Below are positions 36,307 to 48,530 of a stretch of DNA of 64,000 nt, piece by piece. The notes under the pieces are model-generated. The model saw only the letters and a list, made by a program, of their open reading frames with translations, was not told the DNA's origin and ran no database searches. The position numbers and the translations under genes were made by a program. Numbering within the stretch: position 1 is the stretch's first letter; every line of letters begins with the position of its first letter. The stretch is taken from NCBI RefSeq assembly GCF_006345805.1, contig NC_043000.1:29884001-29948000 (forward strand). Direction: 5' to 3'. The DNA comes from Octopus sinensis (taxonomy: Eukaryota).

Positions 36307-36329
36307 AATAATGATAAAACACCATGACA

Positions 36330-36620
36330 AAAAGGCATTGCGAATACGCTGGGAGTTGTTCAAGAAATATGTCCCTCGCCAAAAATAAACGAGCGAGAAA
36401 CAAAAAGTGAAAGCACATTGATGACGACCATTTTCGAAAAAGCGGAAGTTTGAAAAACATTATCATGGAAGAAAAAGTTGAGGGTGGCAGATCAGGAGGC
36501 AGGTAAAGAATGCGAAAGAAGGCTAATATCTGGAGCTGGTTGGACAAGAGTGGCAAAGCAGATGGAGAACTCTTGCTTAATCGGGAAGGACTTCGTTGCA
36601 GCATCGTCAATGCGCTGCAG
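36330..36620 (+). mobile_element. Decayed RTE LINE 3' fragment
   Basis: IIMEEKVEGGRSGGR segment resembles the RTE C-terminal EGxRxRGR region. Confidence 0.4.
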
Positions 36621-37729
36621 GCGTACGATTCAAGAAGACGAATATATAGAATTATTTGTGGAATCCAGTTTTAAAGTATATTTGGTGTGAAAATATACAT
36701 ATATGGGACAGTGTTTCCATTTGAAAGAGAATTGTGATAAAAGCCATTTGTATAACTAATTCTATAATTAGGTATATAATATATAGCTAATAACAGACAC
36801 CCAAATGCTCGGCGCCCGCAGACATACTCACACACGCGCGCGGACACACACACGCAAAACGAATACATCTAGTTGCAGGGAATATTACAAATACATGGTG
36901 AAATACTTTTATAACAGAAATATTTATTACGTAGTAATTTATCCCATGCAGAACATCAACTAATAACATTTGTGTCTGTATAAGCAGAGTTCATATCAGA
37001 AAGTACAGCAATATCTGGTTTGACTCGTGATTGCATGAAGAAAGTTACGAAACAAATGGACAATAATAAATATATTATAAACTCTATGGTCTAACGGAAA
37101 ATGTTGCTCTTACTAATGAAATATAACGTGATACTTGTCACCAATAGACACTGGGAAACTGTAATTGACAGGAAGCTAAGTACTGTCAAATTCTGAGATA
37201 TCTTTTTATGTTTCAATAGTTCACCATGATGTCCCTACAGTTAACCTGATGACAATCTGTGCTATATTCGAAGACATTCTAACCAGCCCAAGAATATCAT
37301 TTGTAGATTTGATAGAAATAGTTCCCTGAAAATAACGTTGAAAGCTATATTTGAACATTTTCTCTAAATATTATATGGCTGCTCTCTCGTCTGTTGTTTG
37401 TTCATAGATGAAATTAAGTGTACACAGGATATCTGCCGAAGATGAACTACCAAAAACAAAAAGAAACATCAAGTCTTATAATCCGCAGCAGAACTTAACT
37501 GGCGCCACACGAACTATAGGTGATACAACAACACTCTTCACTCAATTAGAAAGACTTATTCCTTACAACATGCATTCCAAAAATATTTTGGATCTTTGTT
37601 ATGATTAAATAAGTATATATATATATATATATATATAGATATATATATATATAATATATAATATATATATATTATATAGGAGAGAGAGAGAGAAGAGAGA
37701 GAGAGAGAAAGATGAATAATCTTGTTGCA

Positions 37730-37972
37730 GATTAATCAAAAGTTTAACCGATACCTTGGTAGCAAAAATCACAGCAGAAGAAAGCACGGTTGGAGGTACA
37801 ACCATATAGTGTTGCAACCGTGCGTTGGTGCGGATAATTGAATTTTAATATTATTAGTGATTGAAGAAATGGAGTTGAACGAAAATGGAGTTGAAGAAAT
37901 GGAGTTGAACGAAGATTGAGCAGAAATCTGTTCAATCTTCGTTCAACTCCATTTCTTCAATTCACTAATAAT
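37730..37972. mobile_element. Short element between (TA/GA)n arrays ending in a long fold-back
   Basis: 37891-37924 pairs with 37927-37960 (34 bp, one G-T pair, AA loop). The outer attattagtga / tcactaataat pair extends it. The left arm has an internal ~30-bp duplication. Confidence 0.75.
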
Positions 37973-37978
37973 ATATAT

Positions 37979-38052
<74 letters not shown>

Positions 38053-38314
38053 TTAACGTCTTCGTAACTGTTAAATTTAAACTTCAAATTTTATCCCTGG
38101 CCGTGACTCAAGTTTTATCTAGAAGTGATTATCTCCCTTTCCATAACTGCCGCCAGCGTCTCCACGTATTGAAAAAAAACAGATATACAAATATAAACAA
38201 TTCCAAGAATTTTCGCATGAATTCTTGTTAGTTCGTATCGAAGCTGAACCACTTATTGGAGACGTCAATGACAAAGTCCTGTAAAATGAATATACCAACT
38301 TGAAATATATTGTA

Positions 38315-39330
38315 CTAGCAGAAATACTCGTTGTTGCCCGGGTTGAAAAAAATAATGAAATTTTAAAACGCCGTCTAGATTATGCAGGTTTCAACTGCTA
38401 GTAGCTGAGATACCAACATTCTACATTAATAACTTTCCAACCCATGCCAGCATGGAACATAGACGTTAACTGAAGTATTAAAAGAAGGTTTTCAACTCAT
38501 ATATGTATATAAATAAATTAAACATAATTGAAAAACACGTTTCGTGTAGCTTATTTCGTAACCCACCCCCACCAAAAAAAAAAAAAACTAGTTACAGATT
38601 ATAATCAATGAAAGGCCGATTTTGGTGATACATTTGACAGAGGTAGTAGAGAACCAATCCGATCTTGAAAGTTGTCATCTGTAGTGCAGTGTTGTATTGT
38701 CTAATTTTGTTTTAAAAGTGCTTGGAATCTTGGCAAACATGACAACAGTTCCTTCAATGGCTCTGGAGGTTGGGGGATTGCAGGGAGTTTAGACTTTTCA
38801 CCACTGCAGCACAGTCTAGGTGTCTCTCCAGACCACTTCCTTACTTTACAATGTATGCACTCAGTTGTCATTGTACCAATGGAAACTCTAGCATCACCTA
38901 CATGATGAGCTGCTGGTTCATAATTGAAAGCTGCTTCATAGAAGTTGTTTCTCTGAGTTTCTCTGAGTTGTTGCAACTGCCTTTTGTTCTGCAGTGACGA
39001 TCATATTCCTTGTCAGCCATGGTATGCTTCCCTTTTTGCAGCTGTCTCTCTTTCCCTGGACAGAGACAGTCTTTTGGCTGACCTTGACATTGTAGACAAA
39101 TTTGACACTTCCCTTGGCATGGTTATATACGTATACAGAAATACACGGGTGCAGAAGATACTAAACAATGAAAATAACTGGGTAACGGAAATGATATTTC
39201 TTAACACGACGTCAGAAAGTAAATAAATTTTTACGGAAAATAAAGAATTTTATGGGCTGAAGCGAAATTTGTCACTTAGGGAAACAAAGAGCCAGTATCG
39301 AAGGAACCAGAAAAAGCCGCTAACAAAAGG
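38315..39330 (-). mobile_element. Helitron fragment (Rep/Hel N-terminus + 3' CTAG end)
   Basis: ORF 38701-38976 CIHCKVRKWSGETPRLCCSGEKSKLPAIPQPPEPLKELL is typical of the Helitron RepHel N-terminal Cys region. The minus strand ends cccgggcaacaacgagtatttctgCTAG|T at 38315. May extend to ~40130. Confidence 0.8.
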
Positions 39331-39574
39331 AAAAGACATAACCGTTGCAAAAGTAAATAAGAATTTTGAAGGGAAATTTCCTAAGTGTATGGATTGAAGT
39401 GAAATTTATAAAGTTACTTATGTCAGTATATTATGAAATTACTTCCATCAGTAATTGTGAACTTCTTTCTGTCAATAATTTGCCGTTGTTTGTAAATAGG
39501 GATTGAAAACTTAGTGAAATCAATAGAGGCTGAAATTAAGGTGCAAAAATAGCGTCTGAGTGAGATACAGAGAT

Positions 39575-39576
39575 GG

Positions 39577-39620
<44 letters not shown>

Positions 39621-39790
39621 TTAGTTAGACAAATAAGATATAGATAGATAAGATATAGACAGATAAATACAGAGAGATAGACAGATAGAAAGATAAAGAT
39701 AGCTATATAGAGATATAGACAGAGAGATATGGAGAGAGAGAGATATATAGAGATAGATGGTTAGAGCGAGAGAGAGAGATAGAAGGAAAT
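39575..39790. repeat. (GA)n/(GATA)n microsatellite
   Basis: Direct reading. Confidence 0.9.
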
Positions 39791-40279
39791 ATATATACGT
39801 CAATAATGCTAGAAAACAGGAAGTAAATATTTTTTAAAACATTCAAAGACGTGAATCTAATATAAAAATAATTAATATTTTTTATGACTAATGGATGAAG
39901 AGACGCAGTCAATTTCTGAATGTTATTTCGCAGACAGTTACCTCCCTTCACGTAACCCAGGAACGGGTATTTTCTGCTCACAGGAGCCGCGTTACTCATT
40001 ATGTGAAAGATTTTAAGAATCTAAAACCATTCCTGGAACTTAAGTAATGCTTGTTCCAAGTCTGGAGAAAATCAGTTGAAAAATACGACACACACACACA
40101 CACACAGAACGGGATCCTTTCCTTTTCAGATGTATTTATGCAACAAATTCTATTTCTTAACAACAAATACTCTGAACTTATACATCCTTGTCCACAGAGA
40201 ACGTTCGAAGTGATTCGATACTTTCAACATCCGATATGGGTTAAGAAGATAAATCATAGCTCAATACCTCCATATAAGC

Positions 40280-40282
40280 ATG

Positions 40283-40320
<38 letters not shown>

Positions 40321-40412
40321 CACATGCATACATACATAAATGAATATTTTACATATATATATGTTTGTGTGTATGTATGTTTGTGTGTGTGTGTGTATGT
40401 GTGTGTGTGTGT

Positions 40413-40452
<40 letters not shown>

Positions 40453-40885
40453 GTGTGTGTATCTGTGTGTGTCGCTGTGTTTTCCTTTAACTCTTTACTC
40501 CGAAAAGGCTGTTACCCCAAATCATACAGTACTGCTTCTATTTCTGTCATTTCGTCTCTCTCTTCTTATACATACCTATATAATGGATACATACATGCAT
40601 ACATACATATGTACATGCATATATTCATACAATTATCTATGTTTGTTCTGTTCCCTAGTCCCATTCAGAATCGATTCACTTTCAAAGTGCTAAATTTTCT
40701 TTGACATATTGAGTCTTCATCTTCTTAACCATAACCTAAAACCTAGATTTATGAATATTTACTCATTTTTTTACATTGCGCAATTTGACATTTTACTCAC
40801 CTCTAGCATTTACAAAAATTTGCTGAATATACGAATTCTTCCTTCAAAATATAACCTGTCATGACTAATATATATATATATATAT

Positions 40886-40917
<32 letters not shown>

Positions 40918-41075
40918 ATATTATATATACATACACATATATCTGTATGTATTTATGTATGTATATATATATATATATATTATATATATATATATATTAT
41001 ATATATATATATATTATATATACATACACATATATCTGTATGTATTTATGTATGTATGTATATATATATATATAC
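40280..41075. repeat. (CA)n, (TG)n and (TA)n microsatellite blocks (40280-40460, 40865-41075)
   Basis: Direct reading. Confidence 0.9.
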
Positions 41076-41489
41076 ACTGCCATACATAATTTAACATTTC
41101 TACCTTTCCGTATAAATACCAGCTTGAATTATATTTCCTCTTTTACTTCAGTTCATTTAATGTGACATAAATGCTACTGGTGTTACTACATTCATTCATA
41201 GTCTTCAAAAGTTGTCGAAACCACAGTAAGTTTCTTTAATTTTGTGTTTATGTTGCATTGAACATTTTTGTTTCACAAATCCAAACTTTTCGCACATTAA
41301 TCCATATTTTTAACTTGTCGATAAATCACAGCGTTGCGTTAACTAATCTCAATTTATGGGAATGTTAAGCATTCTTTTGAAAATGTTAAATCTATGACAA
41401 ATAACAAATGTTTTCAACTATATATATGATATAATATAGAATTCGTAATACGATAAGGTAATAGAATGGATAATAAAAAAAAAGAGAAA

Positions 41490-42480
41490 TAACCAGAGTT
41501 AGCCACTGAGATGAAGCGATTGTAGAATGCAAAGGTACAATATTCCTGTGGTTATTGGTGCACTTGGAATAATACACAATCAGCTACCTAAGAGGCTGAG
41601 AGATATTGGAACTGAGACTGGCTTCGTCGACTTGCAGGAAAATGCAATCATGTATTCTTCAAGAATTCTGTGAAGGATTCTTATGGTATGAAGAAACTGT
41701 TTTCACCGAACCTGAGGACAACATCCCTGCCAACTAAAGTAGCGTGTAACAGCTTTACTGATGATGATGATGATGATGATGATGGTGATGATGTAACACA
41801 GATATGGCCGTGTAGGCAAAAGAATGCTGCAAAGGGATGTTAACCGAGTATATGTATTCAAAACGAAAGTGGTATGAATACAAGAGGCTGTGGTAGAAAA
41901 GGAGAATTAGAAGATCAAGTGGGATTTCCCCATGAAGGCTGACCAAACGATTGAAGCAAAAAGATTGGACGTGATCATAGAGGACAAAATAAACATTTTA
42001 TGATCATACAGTTTGTATTTTCCTTTGATAGCAGAGTCCATAAAAAATAATCGAAATAACAAAAAAATAAATGCGCCCTTTTAATGCCTAGCCAGGCTCA
42101 TGGGCCCGGTTTCCCGGTTTCTATGGCGTATGTGTTCCCCAGCTAGACGGGACGCCAGTCCATCGCAGCGTTACTCATTTTTGCCAGCTGAGTGGACTGG
42201 AGCAGCGTGAAATGAAGTGTTTTGCTCAAGAACACAACGCGTCGCCCGGTGCAGGAATCGAAACCACAATCTTACGATCATGATGCTGACACCCTAACCA
42301 CTAAGCCACGCGCCTCCACTAAATAATTGAAGTAATTGATAATTATCAGGAATTAGATAGAGAGCTGAGGAGACAGTGAAAAACCAGTTATTATTCCTGT
42401 AGTAATTGGTTCACTTGGCACAACACTCAGAATGCTGCGGAAGACATGCAGACAAATACATGATCAAGAAGGTCTTCTCT
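41490..42480 (+). mobile_element. R4/Dong-clade RLE-domain fragments, interrupted by a SINE
   Basis: IPVVIGALGIIHNQLPKRLRDIG...LQENAIMYSSRIL with a (TGA)n tail at ~41757-41790, then WDFPMKADQTIEAKRLDVIIEDK, then VIIPVVIGSLG. Confidence 0.75.
42071..42320 (-). mobile_element. tRNA-derived SINE (V-domain-like)
   Basis: Minus strand gtggaggcgcgtggcttagtggttagggtg...ggtttcgattcc...ttgagcaaaacac...gcgatggactggcgtcccgtc. The tail also occurs at ~62505-62570. Confidence 0.85.
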
Positions 42481-42639
42481 TCTCCTCAGTACTTTAGTTA
42501 AACTCTTCCTTGCCCACCATTTCATCTGCATTACACCCATATTTTTCGCAGCATATTGCGGCAGGACTTCATCACTATTTATCGAATACTCGGCAAGTGT
42601 TCTCCTTTATATAACGGTCTATATTAATTAGTTTCATAT

Positions 42640-43370
42640 ATAGTATGTTTACGTTTGCTTTAGAGTATAGCGCCTCATACTTCTCGTACTTCTATCCAGT
42701 GTTGATATTTCCTCCTTAGTCCATTTGAGGATAAATGCACTGTATCTGACCACCGCAACTGCACAAATAATTGTTATTATTATTCTATGTTTGACTTTTG
42801 CTTTATATTTGTACAAGTTGGCTCCAAGTCTCACCCAGAGACCTCAAGAGACAACAGGGTTGGAAGTTCATGTTGTTGTTATGCCTAGTGTGCCATATAT
42901 TTGGGGGGTGGGGGTGTTGTACTAATGAATGTCTAAAAAAAAAAGTTTTTTTGTTTTATTTAATTGATTTTTAACGCTTGTTCCTGAGCTGCACATATGA
43001 GTGCCTCTGTCTCTATCTTCGCTTCTCTCCATCCATAGCTACCAGTCCTCTGTATCAGTTTTGGCGTTCACATCTCTTGCAAACTAACAGTAAAATTTCT
43101 TTTCCTTCTATGCTTTTTCTTTTATTTGCTTTTTTGTTTGTTTCTTGTTTCAATTTTTCCTTTAGTTACACAATTTTCAGTTTTGATGACGCCGGCCTTC
43201 TTCGTGTGTTTCAAGAGTGGCTCCACATCATTTTTTATATATCACCTTAGACTGCTTTTCTCTGCTTCTATACAGTCCTGGCAACTGATAAAACTTCTCC
43301 CAGCCTTTCTTCTTGACAAATACAACCTCTCGGTGTTACTCATACGATGGACGACTCCGTGTACTGTCAA
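42640..43370 (-). mobile_element. R4/Dong-clade RT-to-RLE fragments, adjacent to (ATT/ATC)n
   Basis: ILKWTKEEISTLDRSTR; TERLYLSRRKAGRSFISCQDCIEAE...IETEALICAAQEQAL. Confidence 0.75.
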
Positions 43371-43389
43371 CATTTTTCTGGTTTTGGTA

Positions 43390-43400
43390 TTATTATTATA

Positions 43401-43474
<74 letters not shown>

Positions 43475-43620
43475 CATCATCACCATCATCATTATCATTA
43501 TCATTACCATCATCGTCATCATCATCATCATCGTATTAGTCGTGGTCGTCGTCGACGATGTCCTCATCATTATCAATATAATCACCATTCTCATCCTCAT
43601 CCTCATCCGCATGTTCAGTA
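43390..43620. repeat. (ATT/ATC)n trinucleotide array
   Basis: Direct reading. Confidence 0.95.
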
Positions 43621-44507
43621 TCCTCCTCCCTCTCCTCTTCCTCATCATCATTGTTGCCAAAGTGCGGCGTATGATTGACCAATTAGATCACTGGAATGAT
43701 TTAAAAGGAAAAGTTAATGATATGTGGAATCGGTGTAGCTGAAGAAATGGAGACCAATACTTCTCAGAATTGTTGATGATAACGACGACAACGACGACGA
43801 TGACGACGACGGCGATATCGACGATGGCCATGATGATGATAACAGTGAGAATGTCGGTAATATTTTATAATTTCTCACAGTAATAACGAGGCCACAATTT
43901 ATAGCGAAACGTTATAGTTAGTGGAATTGAATCCAAGTGTAAATACTTTTTTTTATTTTATCGATCTTTGGAACATTTGAACTCAGAAACGTACGTAGAC
44001 GTGACCAAAATTCCTCATGGCGTATAAAAATAGCTATTTACTCGACTGGAAGATTAACGGTCGGTATTATGAGATGTTATTCAATGTGAAAGAAATTCTG
44101 TTTCTTCGGCGGTGCGAAAATGAAAGTAGAGATCAGAAACGTTTTTCTAAGCCATTCCTTGGTGCTACCAAAGCAGCCATTTTTATATCATTCTGCTAGT
44201 TCTATATTTAAACTTTATGCATCTTGTACTTTTTTTTACAGGTTTTTCTATAAACATATTTATTTATGCGTTTCATGAAAATGAAGCACCGGCTTGATGA
44301 ATGATTGCAGTGTTAGATAGTTTCTGTTGCTATCTTGCAATAATTTCTCGATAATTGCTGTTTGTAGATTCAAGTCGCAAATGCACACACACACACACAC
44401 ATATACACATACACATACAGAACTCTCTCACACACACACGCGTACACACACGCACGCACACACGCACATGCACACACAGGCACACACAACACACATGCAC
44501 GCATGCA

Positions 44508-44556
<49 letters not shown>

Positions 44557-44645
44557 GTTTATGTGTATGTATATATATATATATTTATACATATATACTA
44601 TAAAATATAAATGTCTATATATGTGTGTGTGCATCTGTTTATATG

Positions 44646-44708
<63 letters not shown>

Positions 44709-45049
44709 GTATGTATTTATAGGAATTCATTTTATATTGTAATCGTTCTTCATAAATTCATGTTTGGGTTTGAAATACTATTCAGAATTATTTGCTTCTT
44801 CGCTTATCATTTCGACCGCTTTGATCCGCTGTCATCAAGTGCTTGGCACATAGTTCCAGAGTTGATTCATGGAATTTCGATCCTCTACTTGGTAACAAAT
44901 ATGCACAGACGCACACACACACATATTCACCCACACCCACATATATATATGTATATACATATAGAAGGAAATGTAAAGATTAGCAAGTTCGTCAGATCAA
45001 TATAGAAAGTGTATTAAATAGATGAGATACAAAACCAAAAATGTAGGTA

Positions 45050-45257
45050 TACTCTTTACTCTTTTACTTGTTTCAGTCATTTGACTGCGGCCATGCTGGA
45101 GCACCGCCTTTGATCGAGCAACTCGACCCTGGGACTTATTATTTTGTAAGCCCAGTACTTATTCTATCGTTCTCTTTTGCCGAACCGCTAAGTAACGGGG
45201 ACATAAACACACCAGCATCGGTTGTCAAGCAATGCTAGGGGAACAAACACAGACACA

Positions 45258-45288
<31 letters not shown>

Positions 45289-45289
45289 C

Positions 45290-45345
<56 letters not shown>

Positions 45346-45495
45346 CATACATATATACATTTACATATATACGACGTCTACCAAATCCACTCACAAGGCT
45401 TTGGTCGGCCCGAGGCTATAGTAGAAGACACTTGCCCAACGTGTCACGCAGTGGGACTGAACCCGGAACCATGTGGTTGGTAAACAAGCTACTTT
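45050..45495 (-). mobile_element. SINE family B copy
   Basis: High similarity to 31519-31936. Confidence 0.9.
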
Positions 45496-45834
45496 TGCAT
45501 AAAAAATGGTCCGACTCACACGGAATAGAAATGATATCAAGAATTAAGGCGGTTAATTACTTTTCTTCAACCCTTTTAATTCTCGATATCATTTCTATTC
45601 TGTCTAAGTCAGACCTTCTCGTATGTAATCATACTTACTTTTTATTTTGTAGTCCATTATTTAATACACTTTCTATATGGATCTGGCGAACTTGCTAATC
45701 CTCATCTTCACATTTCCTTCTATATGTATATATGTGGTTTGGGGTGCGCGCGCGCGCGCGCGTGTGTGTATGCCTATTTGTGACCAAGTAGAGAATCGAA
45801 ATTCCATGAATCAATTCTGAAACTATGTGAACAT

Positions 45835-46045
45835 ATATATTGTAAATAAAAAAAAGAAGAACAAACACAAAAAGACAACAACGCGAGGACGTGGTACATG
45901 TAAAGTATTAACAGAGAAGGAAAGAAAGGTTCTTTTACGTTTGAAGCAAAGCTCTTCTTCAGGAACAGGAGACAAAGGAAAGTCCAACAGAAAAGGAGGG
46001 CGGAAGGAAAAAATTTCCAACGATTCAGATGCAGTTAAATTTTGA
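45835..46045 (-). mobile_element. Short Penelope-type element with decayed hammerhead (CUGAAGA...GAAA mutated to CAAA)
   Basis: Minus strand CUGAAGA-A-GAGC(UUU)GCUU-CAAA-C-GUA at 45936-45962. Same family as 7565-7780. Abuts (TA)n. Confidence 0.65.
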
Positions 46046-46051
46046 AAACAT

Positions 46052-46118
<67 letters not shown>

Positions 46119-46542
46119 TATATATATAATACGGTGATTGCCATCTTTTTGTTGTCAGTGGTATTTTAGACTTTCCATCTCTGAACTCAGGTAACCATTC
46201 AGCCCAGCTGGAGATCAGCACGGCTTGAAGCAAAGTTGTTAGACGAAAGTTGTAACGTTACCTGGATTGATCGGGGTAACGTATAGGAAGCGAGCACTTT
46301 GAACTGCCATGTCCTTTGCGGAACCTGAAATAGATTCGAACATTTCCCGCACATTATGCATGTTGAATTAACTAGTCTGGGAGGAAAGATCTTGCAGACA
46401 GTTGGTCTTTCATCGGGCTAAAAATGGTTAATATGCCCAGCCTTAGAAGCCTTTAAATAGAATTCAAGAATACATACATGTGTATATATTTTCCCGTTCA
46501 TATGTATCTGGCTCTCTATGCGTGTATGTTTGTAGATACATA

Positions 46543-47766
46543 CAACGTGTACCAAAACTAAGGCAACCAACTTTTTCAGTTTTTCAAGGCTAAATATTGT
46601 TATATTTCGGGTCAGAGCGTTGCGATGCATTGGTAAAGGATACTCAATTATGACACTATCACCTTTATTCGGTATGACCGCCACTGTTTTGAATCACAGC
46701 CTTAAGTCGTGGTGTGAACGCTTCACACGCGGCACACTGTTGTTTTGCGGAATCGAAGCCTATTCCTGCCGCATGAATGAGGAGTACTCGAGACTCTCGT
46801 CTCCAAAATGAACCATAAATAAAAATCCAATGGGTTGAGATTGGGGCTTCTTGAGGGTCATGGAACGTTTTTCTGAATCCAGCGTTGTGTCTGTTTGGAG
46901 CTGTGTGATGGTGCCGATCCCTGTTGGAGGCACCAAGATGCGCCTTGGAAGTGCTGATTCGTTCATGGAAGCAGTTCAGCCTCCAGAATATCGCTAGTGT
47001 ATCGCTGGGTGTTAATTTTAATACCCAAGGGACGCCTTCTAGTGACTGTCACAGCCGCCCAAACCATAACTGACTGGATTTTCACGTCGATACACGAGTC
47101 TGACCTCGATAAAGTCAGATACATTCCTAAGCAGTCATTCTGGTGGTTTACTGTTTATGTTTATTCGATGTCAAATTTCTTTTTATCAGTAAACACCAGG
47201 TTGAGCAGAGTGGCTTCAACAATCCGACGCATGATACGGCAACTTCTTTCCAGTCTCATGTCCTTATAAACTTACGTGAGATAACGACGGTAAATCAACT
47301 TGTAGGGATGGGTCCTGAAATCCTCCTTCAGCACTCGATAGATCAATGCGCGGCCTATTTTTACTTTAGGAGTCAGTTTACTAACAGAACGATGAGAATT
47401 TCGCTGTATCTTTTCTTCGGTGCTTTTGATAGGCTGAAGGATCCACATTATTCTTTTTCGGCCGTGTCCAGATCGATCAGTAGTGGAACTTGAAATTAGA
47501 AATTTCTTGACAATTTTCCACACTGTTCGGTTAATTTTAAGCTTTTGTGCTACAGTTGTATTACTTTCGCTTCCTCTGTGGGGTGGGGGTTATAATTGTA
47601 TTTCGGTCTATAGCCATTATCTAATTTATCAATCTGACTTTATTTAGCCTGAACCAAAAAGAACATATATTAAGCTTTTCTAATGATGTGTAATTTCCAT
47701 ATCTTATCACCTTTATTAACAGTTATTACATCCCAAAACTTCGGTTGCCTTAATTTCGGGACATTG
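46543..47766 (-). pseudogene. Near full-length Tc1/mariner-superfamily (maT/DD37D-like) transposon with decayed transposase
   Basis: TIRs caacgtgtaccaaaactaaggcaacc / ggttgccttaatttcgggacattg with TA on both sides. HTH ORF 47272-47523, then VFTDKKKFDIE...NHQND, QQGSAPSHSSKQTQRW and SPNLNPLDF. Confidence 0.85.
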
Positions 47767-48149
47767 TATAAATATCATACATGGCTCGGTGCCAATATTT
47801 TACGATAGAAATTTGCACATGGATGTACAGTTACACACACACACACACACACAGGCCCCCCCCACACACACATACACACACTGTTAGTCTTCAACACATT
47901 TCTTGGTATATTTTGTATTTATGGGACACTTGAAGCAAAGAGACAAAGCCAACTTCATTATTTATTTAAATTCTTTCGGGTTGTGTATTGACATCTTTTC
48001 CAAGACGACTTTTCTTTACATCTTTCTTCAAAAATATGTCTACCTAATCGACTGACAGTTTATTTAATCGACCAATCCACTTCCTTTATATATGTTTGGC
48101 GTTACGTCAATTAACAATTGTTACTATTGTTTACTATTTCTTCTTTTTC

Positions 48150-48530
48150 TTCTTGTTCTTGTTGTTGTTGTTGTGGTTCTTCTTCTTCTTCTTCTTCTTC
48201 TTCTTCTTCTTCTTCTTCTTCTTCTTCTTCTTCTTCTTCGTCTTTCTTTCTTCTTCTTCTTCTTCTTCGTCTTCTTCCTTTTCTTCTTCTTCTTCTTTTT
48301 CTTCCTTTTCTTCTCCTTGTTGTTGTTGTTGTTGTTCTTCTTCTTCTTCTTCTTCTTCTTCTCCTCCTTCTTGTTATTGTTCTTGTTCTTGTTCTTGCAT
48401 TCCTGTTCTTGTTCTTGTTCTTTATCTTCTTCTTTTTCTTCTTCTTCTTTCTTCTTCTTCCTTCTTCTTCTCTATTATTCTTCTTATTATTATATATTAT
48501 TATTATTATTAGATATTATTATTATTACGA
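48150..48530. repeat. (TTC/TTG/ATT)n trinucleotide array
   Basis: Direct reading. Confidence 0.95.

Noticed and set aside
36790-37320. Adhesion-GPCR-like pseudogene impression (NLTVLSFLSITVSQCLLVTSITLYF...)
   Set aside because: Many stops, no real GPS motif; resemblance is too weak without a profile search.
40801-40855. Minus-strand exon candidate with GAG|gtgagt donor
   Set aside because: Closed in all frames, and the acceptor lies in (TA)n-adjacent sequence.
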